Positions 16,430-30,600 of a DNA stretch of 64,000 bases are shown here, piece after piece (positions within the stretch are counted from its first letter, which is position 1; every line of letters begins with the position of its first letter). The translations under genes and the position numbers were made by a program. Origin of the DNA: the human T2T-CHM13v2.0 reference genome, Homo sapiens; assembly GCF_009914755.1 (NCBI RefSeq), contig NC_060939.1; one strand, 5' to 3'. The notes below the pieces were generated by a model. The model saw only the letters and a list, made by a program, of their open reading frames with translations. It was not told where the DNA came from and made no database searches.

Positions 16430-17760
16430 AAAGTTGTTTGCAAATCTGATAGAAAATCTAATGTCTTCAAAAATTTGCATTCTTCTGCTAACAAGAGGAT
16501 AATTTATTTTAATAGTTGACTTCAAACTTCTTACTTTTGGGTTTTTTCCTTTTCTTTCCAAGCTTGCTCAGGTTCTTTGACACTTTTTTAAAAAATAGAA
16601 ATATTTAAAATTGATTTGTAGGAATTTTTTCTATAGCATGCACATGAACTCCGCATCTGAAGTATACCTTGCAAATATTTTCCTAGTTTATGGCTTGTCT
16701 TAAAATAGAAGTTAAACATTTTTATTTAGCTCAATCTCTCAGTTTTCCCTTTCTTTATTTCTGACCTTCCTATCATGCTTTAACAAGTCGTGCCTACAAC
16801 TACATTATAAAAATATTCTCCAAGGCTTTTGTCAGTACCTCCCCACCCCATTTAAACATCTAATCTACTAGGTGTATTTTTGTGTCTGATGTTCCTTCAG
16901 AGGTTGTGGGTGATTCTTAATTTGATTTCCAAATGCCAAATCAATTATTGAATAATCCATCTTTCCTTCTCTACTTAAAAATGTAATCTTTATGAAATAC
17001 ACAGTCCTACTAACATGGATGGATCTCTGAAATTTCTATCATTTTCTAATGATTGATATGTTTATCTTCATATCTATAACATGCTGTTTTAATTACTATA
17101 ACTATACATTAAATTTTGATATTTGGAAGAGCAAGTCCTTTCTCATTATTTTTATTCACAATTTTCTTTCCTATTTTCGTGCATTTATTCTTCCAGTTAC
17201 AAGTTATTATAAAATTGTCAAGTTTTTTTAAATGTACATTAGGTTTTTGATCTGAGTGGCACCATGGTTATGAGAGGATTTGTGGGGAAACTGACACCTT
17301 TACAATTTTTAGTTATCCTATCAAGGAAGGCAATATTTTTTCAGTGATTTGGGTCATATTTTATGCCCTCCAGGAAAACTTTATTTTTTATGAGACTTAC
17401 AATATATGCCCAACTTAGTTTGCTTCAAGGTATTTCACAGCTTTGGTTGCTATTTTGCATGTTCTAAATATTACATTTTATAACTTGTCATTAATTTTAA
17501 TAATGAAATCTAATTTTTATTATATTTGGCTACCTTACTGTCCATTTTTATTAGTAATATGTTTTCAATTAATCTTGGAGATTTTGTCTGAGAATATAAT
17601 ATCTTTAAATATTAATCACTTTTTCTTAACCTCTCCAACATTTACTTCTTTTTTTCTCAACTTATCGCATCGTTCAAAAACTCGAAAATCATATTGAATG
17701 GTAAAAAAAAGAAAGCTTAAATAAAAATTAAGTCTCGTAAATATGTATGATGCTCCACCA
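16430..17760 (-). mobile_element. Highly diverged L1M ORF2 fragments
   Basis: T-rich degenerate L1 antisense motifs (gcaaatattttcctagttt, ccatctttcct, tttattcttcca, ctgacacctttacaat). Confidence 0.6.
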
Positions 17761-18563
17761 ATGCTTTGTAATAAAAAGTATTTTATAGCATAATTAGACA
17801 AATAAATGTTGGCCTAGTTAATCCAACTGTATTTACTTAGCTGTGCTGAGTGGGGATGTCTTCTCTGCACCGAGACTGGAAGTCTTCAGGTTAACGTGTC
17901 CAAGGATTGATGAGGAAATAAAGATGATAAGTATACTTTCCCCCACAGGCTGAAGGTTGGAATAGTTGGAGAGTGATGTGGTTGTCAAATGAACCGAGGC
18001 CCTTGTGTCCTTGTGTGACAAACTACTTCACACAAACCATTTTTGTGTCCCTTTCATATTAATTTTCCTATTACAAAATTCTTACTTGCAGTCTGTACCC
18101 TTGCTCTTACAAACTAATTTTGGCCCAGCTTCTCAGAGTTAAATCTACTAATTTCTTCCAACAGCAAACTCACTCCTGCCCATCCCCTACCAGTTCTGTG
18201 CCCAACATTCTAAACCAGAAATCACATAGAAAACATTGCAACTGCACTCGCTGGTTTGAGAGTGGTGGCTTCACTCTTGTATTTCTCCATGTCTCCCTCA
18301 CCAAGGGCCAGATCCAGGACCTGACTCACAGGGCATAAAGGCCCTAAGTGCTCAGGTAGCCCAAGATACCATATTCCCCACAATACCCCTTAGCATTGTT
18401 CCCTTCTGCAGATGCTATGTTTATAGGAATAATTCTGCTGAGATTCACTCCTGCCTTTGTGGCAGCATTACACATTCTTTGGATATTATACATTGTTGAC
18501 TTGGCTTCTCCCGTAAATCAACTCCTTTAGATATTTAGATATTACTTCTCTGTCTCCCTTTAA

Positions 18564-18888
<325 letters not shown>

Positions 18889-19159
18889 GGTATTTCTTTT
18901 TATACCACCGGCCACTGAACCCTTCCCATTGGCCTTAAGATACTGAGGATAGATCATGCCTGTGCCTTTATTAGAGCTAAAATGACCAACTTAATTCTGT
19001 TCCTTCCGTATTTACACCATTAGTAAGAAAAAGAAAAAGGAGAAGGAGAAAGAGAAGGAGGGAGAGGAGGAGGAGGAAGAGGAGGAGGGGAAACGTGACA
19101 TGCGTTATTGGAAAACCATTGTTGCCATGTCAGAATTCTTACTATAACAAACTTCATTT

Positions 19160-19720
19160 GTACATCAATTAGCTTTTGCTATGTTCACAACATTTTGAGG
19201 CTAAAACAACACTCATTCACTTTAATTCATAATTCTCTGAGTCAGTTGTGTGATTCTTCTAGCCTGAGTCGGTGCTGTGCTGCTTATGCTACTAGCTGAT
19301 CATGAATTGCTGAGTTGGCTGGAGGATGGAGTGGCTCAGTTCTCTTATACATGGCTTCTCATCCTCCAACAGCTTAACTCTGACTCATTCTCATAGTGGC
19401 ATGGTGGTCTCACAATTCCAAGTACAGCAAGAGAGGATGCTTTTTTTTTTTTTTTTTTTTTTTTTTTGAGACGGAGTCTCGCTCCGTCGCCAGGCTGGAG
19501 TGCAGTGGCGCGATCTCGGCTCACTGCAACCTCCAAGAGGATGCTTTTTAAATTTGCATCTTATGTGCTGACATTCAATTAGCCGAAGTCATATGGCCAA
19601 CCCAAAATCGAAGGGTGAGATAACATATTCCACCTTGTGACAGGAGGATCTGCAGCATCACAGTACAATAGTATGGATGATAAGAGAGAGAACAAGCATT
19701 TTGGTCATGTTTGACTGCAA
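19160..19720 (-). mobile_element. Old MaLR LTR (MLT1F/G/H-like), split by a short Alu
   Basis: ggctaaaacaacac..., tctcatcctccaacagc, agtcatatggccaaccc motifs. Confidence 0.6.
19441..19535 (-). mobile_element. Severely 5'-truncated Alu (~68 nt plus tail)
   Basis: T27 plus Alu 3' end; TSD agaggatgcttttt on both sides. Confidence 0.95.
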
Positions 19721-20850
19721 TGAGCAAGTGACATTTTTTTTTTTTCTGAAGATAGACCAAACACAAGAAAAGATGAGATCTCACAATTTGTAAGCACCTA
19801 CAATGTGATAGATTCTTTGTTAGGCAGTAAATTAAATATTCTTGTGTTATTCTCACAAAGTTGACATTATTAATGCTACAAACGAGGAATCTGAAGCCAG
19901 CCTATATCTTGCCCTTAATGATGTAATAAGTCCTTAACTGGGCAAGGGTTTACACCTAGCTCTCCCTGACTTCAAATTCCAGACCTTAATGAATACAATG
20001 CTTCATGACAATGCATTAAGGCAAAGATCATCTTTTTTGAGTATGTCCTAAAGGGTCCCAGCTCCTGGTTCTATCAGCATTATCCAAAACCCTAAGCTAC
20101 TCTCCAGTTATTTTCTGTTTTTGAAATTCTAGAGATAAGCAATGAAGATGAAAATGCAGAAATTTCCAATGTGACTGGAACTACATTAAGAGTTTATTGT
20201 AAACTAGAGTGAGCAGACATATTTTGACCCAAATTATAGATATGTGTTCCCAGGACCACGAATTACAGGCAATTTGCTCACATTATAGTAATAAAGCTAT
20301 ATGGTTGGTGAGCACACAAATCACTAATAGTGCTGTGCAAAGCATGCTGTTTACAAACAAAAAGGTGTTCTTAGATGACAGATTTTGCTCTTGATACACT
20401 TCCTTTGTTTGCTAATTTGACCATCAAGTTCTGGCAGAAATTGAGAAGGGAAAAAAAAAAGAATATCACATGCAAACATCATCTCATAAATAGGAGACCG
20501 AAGCATGCTTATAAAAAGCATTATGCCAATATTGCGGAATATGGTCACAGGAATAGGCCTTATGTCAACTTCACTGGGCTTTTAGTGCATCTTAATCCTA
20601 CAAACTATCTATGCTGAGGTGATTTTTCAAAACTGATATGGCAGAAAATATTTATTTGGTACTTCCTATGTGCTTATACATGCTGATCTAAGGTGTGGTG
20701 GCATTTTCACTTTGAATCAGAGAACATATTTCTTATGATTATGATTTTAGCAAAGTTGAAAATAGCCTGTCTTTTCAATTATCTAAGTAAAAAAAAAATG
20801 GATAAATATCAGACAATGTAGTACAGGATGATACATTGAGAAGAAAAAGA

Positions 20851-21137
20851 GGCCGGGCACAGTGGCTCATGCCTGTAATCCCAGCCCTTCAGGAGGCCAA
20901 AGTATGCTTGAGCCCAGGATTTTGAGACCAGCCTGGGAAATATGGCAAAACTCCATCTCTACAGAAAATACAAAAACTAGCCGGGCATGGTGGCACATGC
21001 TTGTAGTACCATCTGCTCTGGAGGCTGAGGCGAGGGAGGACCACTTGAGCCTGGGAGGCAAAGGTTGTGGGAACCATGATCGTGTGCTCCAGCCTGGGCA
21101 GCAGAGCAAGACTGTCTCCAAAAACAAAACAAAACAA
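20851..21137 (+). mobile_element. AluJ with small internal deletions and (CAAAA)n tail
   Basis: Dimeric Alu with J-type tgcttgagcccagga. Confidence 0.9.
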
Positions 21138-22099
21138 GAGACATAAAATGTGTGTTGAACTCCTAAAATAGAATATGTATTATCCTATAGAGGACTTTTT
21201 AAAAGATACCCCCAACCTTGGCTCTATAACGCACACACCTGAAGATTCTGTCATTCATCATTCATTAGTGGAATTAGTGGATATAAGTTCCTGTTTTTCT
21301 GATTAATGTGCATGATCAGACAAGAAAGTTATATACAGGAATCTTAAACTAATCATTGCTACAGAAAAGAATGGGAAGAAACCTTTAACAACTTCTGGAA
21401 ATAATACATCTTCTGATAAACTAGCCATTACTAAGTAATTAGTCTCCAAAAAGATACATGAGCACCATAGATTAAAGAGCCCCTTCACAAAGAGAGAAAC
21501 GGGCTACAGCTATTTTCTGGGATTATATTCTTAAGGGATTAAACACCGAAAGCAAATGATGTCCAGTGAAAGAGATACTTCTGAGTACTAAGAATTTTAT
21601 AGCTATAAGGATTAATATTTCTCCCTTTTAGGGACACCATTTTGATACTTGGGCAGCCAGGAAGACTTTGACATTTTGACAGGACGGAGAAAATCATTTT
21701 CACTATGATTTGCCCCTGAGTGAATGAAAGCAGAGGCTCAACGTAAATGAGAAAGAGCAAGCTGATCTTCAATCAGGGGCGTAGCATTTAAACAAGATGA
21801 CCCTTATTAACTAAAGTAAAATGGGGTTGAATGGTACTGATATGGGCCATTGAATGAAAGTTTCGTCTCAACAAGGTAGTCTAGGTGGGCATGAAAAAAA
21901 CGAAAGCATTGCTGTGACTAAAACTATCTGAACTTTTAAAAATTGGGCTGTCATTTACATAAGCAATTTCACTGAAATACATAAACAAGAAATCCTCTAA
22001 TGTTCTCAGAGATGGTCTCTCATGCCCTCTGGGACCTCCTTGGTTAGAGGTAACCACTATGGGTCAATGGACCAGTAGGAGACTGGTACACTGTCTTTC

Positions 22100-22541
22100 T
22101 GATCACAGACTCAGAAAGAATGATTACTAAAAGTTGGATGATTTATAAACTGAGACTATTTAAAAAGGAATAAGTAGGATTTGAAGAACCAACAAAGTAT
22201 AATGAATTATTTTAGAGTTAGTAACATTTAGCCATTGCCACTCCTGCATCTAAAGGGCAAGAGGAGGAAACAGTTAACTGAATGGAGAAAGGGTCAGCTG
22301 TATGGAGAGGGCTTTCTGTGGGGAAGCAATAGTGGCTCGGAGATGGAAACATAAATACTCCCATCTCTCATATTCTTCCTTCCCTCTAATCCTTAGCCAT
22401 TGCATCCTCTTGGCTGAACCCAGTTGGCAGCCAGAAGGCCAGGAGCCTATTGGTGCATTCCATAGGAGTCGGTCTTTCAATCCAAAGAGGTCTGCGAGGG
22501 GCAGAAAGTGGGTCTGGAGTGACAAGTGGAAAGTATCCAGC
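22100..22541 (-). mobile_element. ERVL LTR, LTR33-like
   Basis: Reverse complement gtgctggatactttccacttgtcactccagacccact...ccttctggctgccaactgggttcagccaa matches recalled LTR33 5' end; left boundary uncertain. Confidence 0.7.
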
Positions 22542-22722
22542 ACTTGGATTTAATTCCACCATGACAGTGACTTCCCAGAGCACAGTACTCTGACTTTTCC
22601 TGGCCTTCATGCATTTCTCAGCTACTGATAGAAAAATTGAATTAAAAGGATACTTTCCCTTTGCTTTCCTCAGCTCTCTCATGACTGCATTCTAAAACAC
22701 AGTCAATCTTTCATCTTCTTGA

Positions 22723-23179
<457 letters not shown>

Positions 23180-24119
23180 TAGGATGAAGAGCCAAAACAC
23201 TCAGAGCCAAGCAGACTGTGGCAGGAGACCCACCTTCTAGACCGGTAGGTTTATCATTAATCGCCTTTCGATGGTTGACAATTTATTTCAACTCTGTGAG
23301 ACTTGTTTTGTTTTTGTTTTTATTTTTAATTTTCAGAATAGGCATAATAATTCCTACCTTATTTTCTTTGCATGGAAGAAATAAAATACTCTGTGCAAAA
23401 GTCCTTTCTAAACCGTAATTATAAAACATAATTTTAAAACACAAGTTGGCATCTTCGATTATTTTCAGTTTTAAAGCAACCAGAAATAGTCATAGCAAAC
23501 CAGTTAACCATGGCTAATTTTTAAGGGAATAAAAATCATAAATGTTGCCGTCTAGTAGGGTAAAAACATTACTGAAATTCTCAATAAATGGTTCCATCTG
23601 TTTGCTTTCTGAATTCTTTTGGCCAGACTGTTTGAGTTTTTCTCCCCAATCATTCAACAGTTGCTACTTAATTTAGACATTTTTAAATGTCTCAACAATC
23701 CAACCAAGTGTAAAGAAATAGCTGCTTCTTTTGCCTTTATTTCCTGTCAATCACTCAAAACTCAGTGAAATGCATGGAGAGGATGAGTTAAGATTGTATA
23801 AAAGTGCCCAGAAGACTGAGAGGTTTGAAATTTAACATATTTCTAAATACATCTGTTATATTTATGACCTTAGCCCCTTCCCTAACAGCTGGGAGCCCCT
23901 TGCAAGGGAGACCTTAGCAATGAGAAAGAATGAATATATCTTAAAATACTGGGTGTTTTATGCTTACCTAAGAATTATACACACTCTGACATCTGTTCTT
24001 TTGCTGTCTTTCTAGTTTCATCTTTACTCAACCCCCAGCCCTGAGTGGAGCATGCTTCAGTTGAGACATCTTTACCCCATAAGTCAACTGGAGGATACTC
24101 CACTCACGATGCTTCAGCC

Positions 24120-24457
24120 TCCCCTACACCCCCAGTCTCTTTTCTTTTCCCTGAATGTGCCTTAATATGTCATGCCTCGGCAAGCACAGTGGCTCATGCC
24201 TATAATCCCAGAACTTTGAGAGACCGGGGTGAGTGGGTGGCTTAAGTGCAGGAGTTCAAGACCAGTCGGAGCAACATAGTGAGACCTCATCTTTATTAAA
24301 ATTCAAAAAATTAGCTGGGCGTGGTGGCATATGCCTGTAATCCCAGCTACTTGGAGGGGCTGAGGCAGGAGGATCTCTTGAGCCTGGGAAGTCAAAGCTG
24401 CAGTGAGTCCTGACTTGCCACTGCACTCCAGCCTGGGCAACAGAGCGAGATCTTGTC

Positions 24458-24488
<31 letters not shown>

Positions 24489-24840
24489 CCAGTCAGGCCT
24501 CATGGCTTTGCTCAGCCTGTTTCTGCCGTCTAAAATTCCACCACCATCCCTATGCCCCTGGAAAAATGCCTGTTCATCTTTCAACTATACTTTATCCCTG
24601 AAGCCTTATCTCATCCCTATCAAGAAGTGACGACTCCCTTTTATGTGCCCTCCACATCACTTTGCATGTTCACCATGCTTGAAACCTTGACTTAATTTCT
24701 GTATTTGTGTGTCTTTCTTCTCAATCAAAACACAAGCTCCTTAAGGACAACATTTATGTCTTATGTATCTTTTGTCACCAATTGCATAAGCTCAATTTCT
24801 CTCTGGCTTGCTGAGTGAAGCAAAGTAAGAATGAATGAAA
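24120..24840 (+). mobile_element. L2 3' end, split by AluJ
   Basis: caagctccttaaggaca...tgtcttatgtatctttt...ctcaat...gaatgaatgaa terminal repeat. Confidence 0.65.
24179..24489 (+). mobile_element. AluJ with (CAAAA)n tail
   Basis: Dimeric Alu; TSD approximately gtca(t/g)gcctc. Confidence 0.92.
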
Positions 24841-25094
24841 TAGCCTCAAAAAGAAAATGCACAAGAAAAATCAACTTTAACTCTGTCCTTTGTCAGAATA
24901 ACTATTTCTCCACATGTAAAATAGTGAAAGGACCTGACTTCATAGGTTTATTATTTATTTGTTTGGAAAACAATTATTAAGTACCCAATTAGTAAGAAAT
25001 GGAGGTTCTGGAGTCAAAAGGAACATTCTACTCATATTTCACTCCTGCTTTGCTGACGACTTTTCAAACTTTGAACTTCTCAAGAACCTCTTGG

Positions 25095-25400
25095 TGAGGT
25101 ACACATCCTTCATGGCAAATTTCAATATCATTGATATGCCTGAGACTCCCACATTTATCTCTTTCTCAGATTTTGAACAATGGTCAGGTGTATTCAACAG
25201 CCTACTCAATATATCTATTTGAATATCCTGGTACCTGAAACTTGCCAAGTCCAAAACTGCTCTCATCCTCTTGCTCCTACCCTTAAACCTGCTTCTTCTC
25301 CTATATTCCCATTGTAGTGGCAAATCAATTTTACTGTGATGACATTAGTCACCCAAGACTCCATCGCCCTCTCCCTCCACATCCAATCACTCACTAAACT
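25095..25400 (+). mobile_element. L2 fragment
   Basis: gactcccacatttatctct, tattcaacagcctact, gtccaaaactg, cacatccaatca. Confidence 0.65.
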
Positions 25401-25404
25401 TTAC

Positions 25405-25715
25405 TTTTATTTATTTATTTTTGCTTTTTTTTTGTTTTTGAGATGGAGTCTGTTGCCCAGGCTGGAGTGCAGTGGCTCAATCTCAGCTCACTGAAACATC
25501 TGCCTCACAGGTTCAAGCGATTCTCCTGCCTCAGCCTCATGAGTAGGTGGGATTACAGGCGCCCACCACCACGCCCAACTAATTTTTGTATTTTTAGTAG
25601 AGACAGGGTTTCACCATGTTGGCCAGGCTGATCTCAGACTCCTGACCTCAGGTGATCTGTGAACCTTGGCCTCCCAAAATGCTGGGATTACAGGCATAAG
25701 CCATCGTACCTGGCC
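25405..25715 (-). mobile_element. AluS
   Basis: T-rich tail followed by full Alu reverse complement. Confidence 0.93.
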
Positions 25716-25729
25716 TGAAAGTCAGACAT

Positions 25730-27860
25730 TTTTAAAATATACTTTATGTACAATAAAGTGCCCCCAGACAAACACTGATCTTTCTATCACTATTGATTAT
25801 CTTTTACTATTTTATATATTATGCAAATAAAGTCACACACTATGTGGTCTTTCTTATGTGACGTCTTTTACTCTCTCTATATATTTTGAGACAGTGTCTT
25901 TGTCGCTCAGGCTAGAGTGCAGTGGAACAATAATAGCTCACTGCAGCCTCGAACCCCTGGGCCCACATGATGCGCCCATCTCAGCCTCCCCAGTAGCTGG
26001 TACTATAGGTGTGTAAAATTTTTAAATGTTACTACTTTAAAAATTAGCCACCATGCATGGCTAATTTTTAATTTTTTTGTAGAAAAGGGGTTTTAGTTAT
26101 GTTGCCCAGGCTGGAGAAGGATATTTCTGAGATTCTTTCATGTTGTTGTGTGTATTAGCAGTTTCTTCATTGTAGGTGCAGAGTAGCATTTCTTTGGATG
26201 AATATGTCACAAGTATTTATACATTCTTGTGTCATTTCCAGCATGAACACTATAAATAAAACTGTTACAAACATTTGCATTCAGATTCTTTTTGTAGATC
26301 TATATTTTTATTTTTGGGGGGTTAATATCTGGAAGTGGAATTTTTTGGTCATATGTAAAGCATGTATTTACCTTTGTAGAAAACTGCCAAAATGTTTTTC
26401 AAAATGGATGTGCCATTTCACTTCTGTCAGTAAATAAGAGTTCCAGAAGTTCCACATTCTCAACACTTGGTGTTGTCAATCTTTTTAATTTTAGCTATCC
26501 TATTGAGTGTGGAATTGTTCTTCACTCTGGTTTCCAATTTGTTTCCCTGGGGGCTAGCGATGTTGAGCATTTTTCATGTTCTTGTTGGCTATTTCTATTT
26601 TTTTCCTGAACTTTTTGCCCCACATTTCATTGGGTAGTTTGTCTTATTAAGCCTCAAGAGTTATTTAAGTATTCTGGATACAAACTGTAAATATTTTCTC
26701 TAAGTCAGTGGCTTGACTTTACATTTTCTTAACGTTGTCTTTTGAAGAGCAGAAGTTTTCTTTCTTCCCTTTCTCATTCCCTCCCTTCCTTCTTTTATTC
26801 CATTCTTCCTTCCTGCCTTGCTTCCTTTCTTTCTTCTGTTTAATTACTTGGGATTTAGAAGATCTTATTATCTTTTAAAAATAGAGATGCTTTGATTTCA
26901 GTACATATGACTTTTATTTCTTCAATTAACTTATTGCATTGACAAGACCTCCAATACAATGTTGAATGTGAAAGGTGAGAAGTGTTATCTTTGCTTTGTT
27001 TCCAACTTAAGGAGAAACTGCTATATCTTTGAAAGTAAAGTAGGATAGTAACTATAGGTTTATTATACATGTTCTTTATTAGGTTGAGGGAGTTTCCTCC
27101 TATCTGTAGTGTGTGGAGATTACTTACCATGAATGAACATTGAATTTTGCTTTTTCTACATCTATTGAGATAATCCTTATTTTTAATTTCTTTATTCTGT
27201 TAATAGGGAGAATTACACTGATTTATTCCTGAATGCCAAACTACGCTTGTGGCCATGGAACAAATTTCATTTAGTACTGACAGAAATTTTTATATATCGT
27301 TGGATTTGATTTGCAAATATTTTGTTAAAGGTTTAAAATTCTGTATTGATTAGGGATATTGATCTCTAATTGTCTTGTCTGGTAATGTCTGTCTGGTTTT
27401 ATAATCAAGATAGTGCTGGCTTCATAAAAGGAGTTAGTCATTTTTTATTTACTTTTTCCTTGTAGAAGTGGGAATTAATGAGTCAAAATATGAATATTTT
27501 TAAGGCTTTTGATACATATTACCTAATTGCTCTCCAAAAAACCATACCAATTACCTTCCCAGAGTAATATGTATTAATATTTCCCCTATATCTTCTATAA
27601 CACCAGGAAATAGCATTAAATATTTTTAAATGAAAAATAAAAATTATCTTTTATTAATTTGAATCTCTTTGATCACTAGTGAAGGCAAATATTATTTTAT
27701 ATACTTATTGTAGTCATTTGCATTCTTTTGAGAATTGATATTCACATTCTTTATACATTTTTCTCATGAGTATTTCTTCTTTAATTTTTGATTTAAAAGA
27801 GCTCTATTTATACACTAAGCATACTAATCTTATGTACCAAATAGTTTTCCATTGGGTGGT
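25730..27860 (-). mobile_element. Old L1M (MB/ME-type) 3' and ORF2 fragments
   Basis: aaacactgatctttct, catgttgttgtgtgtattagcagtt, aaactgccaaaatgttttcaaaatgg, tctacatctattgagataat. Confidence 0.7.
25884..26115 (-). mobile_element. Partial AluJ with an internal fold-back insertion
   Basis: atagctcactgcagcctcgaac (J); ends at gttgcccaggctgg. Confidence 0.85.
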
Positions 27861-28062
27861 TTGTCTTATTCAGCTTGTTATTTTCCAGCTTGTTATTTTC
27901 TTAACTAAAACTTCTAAGAACACAGATAGAAGTAATATAAAAACTATATAGTAAAGTGAAAAGTGGTTTCCACATGTAAGAATCCTTTAAAATAGTTCCA
28001 GGAATTCTAACTTAAACATTTGTATTCCTGAATGCAGTGGTGCATTTTTTTCCTTGTGAAAA

Positions 28063-28920
28063 TGTTAGTGAAAGGAGGCAAACAAATTCCTAGTCCGACA
28101 GGGACGGTTCCTCAGTGAAACCCGACCTTCAAGCCAAAGACAGCCTCAAGCCTGAAAACTGAGCTTCCAGTTCCGGGTAGAGTCCATGACTGGAGTGAAA
28201 ACTTCCTCCATGCCTTTTAACCAATCAAAAGGTGATTTTTGCAGGCCCATCTATGGGCCAATCAGCATACACTCCCCCATTCTGAGCCCATGAAAACCCT
28301 GGACTCGGTCAAACACGAGGCTACCCACTTTCAGGCCCCCTCTCACACAGAGGGCTACCCACTCTTGGGTCCCCTCTTTGCTGAGAGCTTTCCTTCTGCC
28401 ACTCAATAAAATTTTTCTCTGCCACACTCACTCTCTTGTGTCTCTGTACCTTATTCTTCTTAGTCATAGGACAAGAACCCAGAAACTGGCTAGCTGTGGG
28501 CAGCGGGAATGAGCTGTAACAAGACCCTATTTACTGAGCTGTTGGCGGCGGGAATGAACAAGAGCTGTTAACACTTCCTTGGGGCTCAGACCTCGGGACT
28601 CTCCAAGCAAAAGCTGTAATACCCCTAAGGGGCTCCATGGTTGCTGGCATCTCCAAGTTTTTGGGCACTGCCAAATCCCCCTCACCTGGACATCAGCACC
28701 CAGCACAGAAGCCACTTGCGGCATGCCTGGACCAGCTGCAGGCTGAGTGCAGAGGCACAGCAGGTGAAGGATCTGGGCCGGTAGAGCTAGCTGAGCGCAG
28801 CCTGCTGGGCTGAGCAGGCAAAGCGAATCCAGCGTGCAAAGCCAGTGAAGCCCTGGCAAAGGTACCACCAACCATGAAGATTTCCAGCTGGTGAAGTGGC
28901 ACCAAAAGAAATCTGTGTCA
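28063..28920 (+). mobile_element. Solo ERV1 LTR, LTR28/LTR27-family
   Basis: TG...CA termini with TSD AAAA; two CCAAT boxes; aataaa near 28405; 5' end homologous to the LTR at 38799. Confidence 0.8.
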
Positions 28921-29331
28921 AAAATAGCAATGAGTAAACTTTGAGAAAGGTGATATTAAGACTCTTTCCTTATAGGCCCTGGCCACAGATACTTTGTTAA
29001 GGAGACAAGATTTATCTTTGGCAGCCTCACTCCTGGTCCACCCTTTATCTTCCCAGTCTTTTTATATCTGTCTCCTATTTCAGGAAGTATCATGGTTCAC
29101 CCGCAGCTCACTACCTTCTACTCTTCATGTAGCAGCTATGTACACTGGCCTAGCATGTACAGTCATTGCCTTCTTCACTCTTGTTACTCCCATGGCTGCT
29201 CATACTCAAATGTATTGGTCTTCCATCACACTGTTTTATGTTCCAGGGTTCATGTACAATAAATGACTCTAGGTGAACATGTTGAATGGAAATTTTCTTG
29301 CAAGTATCATTTATTTTTCCCAGTTACCCTG

Positions 29332-29533
29332 TCATATGGTTTGGATCTATGTTTTCATTCAAATCTCTTTGAAATATAATCCCCAATGTTAAAGGTGGGG
29401 CAGGAACCAAGCAGATATTGACATCATGTTTCCTGTACAGCCTGCAGAACTGTGAGCCAATTAAACCTCTTTTCTTTATAAATCACCCAGCCTCAGGGAC
29501 TTCTGTACAGCAGTGCAAGAATGGGCTAACACA
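29332..29533 (+). mobile_element. MaLR LTR (MST-like) with large internal deletion
   Basis: atatggtttggat...ccccaatgtt joined to cctgtacagcctgcagaactgtgagccaattaaacctc...ctaacaca. Confidence 0.8.
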
Positions 29534-29566
29534 CCATGGCAAGATGCCCCAGAAGTAGAATGGTAT

Positions 29567-30403
29567 TGATACAGGAGTGCTGGGAAGGGAACAGTGTGGT
29601 CCCTTTAAATGATGCAGAAGTGGGGAAGGGAAGTGCTGGGTAGAGAAGGGCGTGGTCCCTGGCTAGGGCTCTACCCCCATAGACCTTGAGGAGAGGACAG
29701 GCACTTTTGCCTTCCTGCCCAAATGTTGCATTTTCCAAGACCACCCTAGCCTGCCACACCCCCATCCTGGACCTATACAAACCTGAGACCCTAGCAAGGC
29801 AGAGACAGAAGCTACTGAATGGCAAGAGGAACACATCGACAGAAGACACAAACGGCTGATTGTCAAGAGCACGCCGGTGGAAGAGCATGCCAACAAGCAC
29901 CAGCAGGCCAGCAGGCCACTGACTGATGGAATGACCGCAGTTTGGCCGGAGCAACTGGAGAAGAGTCGGGCCACCAAGTGGCCCAACTCCAAGGGAAAAC
30001 AATCTCCCTTTTGGCTCTCCCATCAGCTGAGAGCTATTTCCACTCAATAAAACCTTGCACTCATTCTCCAAGCCTAAATGTAATCTGATTCTTCAGGTAC
30101 ACCAAGGCAAGAAATGCTGGGATACAGAAAGCCCTCTGTCCTTGTGACAAGGTAGAGGGGCTAACTGAGCTGGTTAACACAAGCCACCTATAGATGGCAA
30201 ACTAAAAGAGCACCCTGTAACACACGCCCACTGGGGCTTGAGGAGCTGTAAATATTCACCCCAGACACTGCCGTGGGGTCAGAACCCCACAGCCTGCCCA
30301 TCTGTATGCTCCCCTAGAGGTTTGAGCAGTGGAGCACTGAAGAAGCGAGTCACACCCCCATCGCACGCCCTGCGAGGAGGACAAGGGAACCTCTCCCATT
30401 TCA
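29567..30403 (+). mobile_element. Solo ERV1 LTR, LTR1B-like
   Basis: TGATAC...TTTCA termini with perfect 4-bp TSD GTAT (29563-29566 and 30404-30407); aataaa near 30046. Confidence 0.85.
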
Positions 30404-30407
30404 GTAT

Positions 30408-30600
30408 CCTTGACAGCGTATTGGACTTAGCATCAGAAAGTCCGAGTTTCAGTATTAGGGCTCCTAACACATCCTTGTGATTTTGGATAAGTCGTTTAGA
30501 CTCTCTGGGTAGCAGTTTTTGATTCATAAAGCAGGAAACATACTATCTGTCTTGCCTGCTTTATAGGTTTGTTGGAAACATAAGATAATGTGAACAAAAT
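30408..30600 (+). mobile_element. MIR (host of the LTR1B insertion)
   Basis: ggacttagcatcagaaagtccgagtttc...tgtgattttggataagtc. Confidence 0.6.

Noticed and set aside
27871-27900. Perfect 15-bp tandem duplication cagcttgttattttc
   Set aside because: Ordinary slippage duplication at the edge of an old L1 fragment; no functional cue.
29526-30071. 181-aa minus-strand ORF
   Set aside because: It lies antisense within the LTR1B solo LTR and has no retroviral protein similarity.
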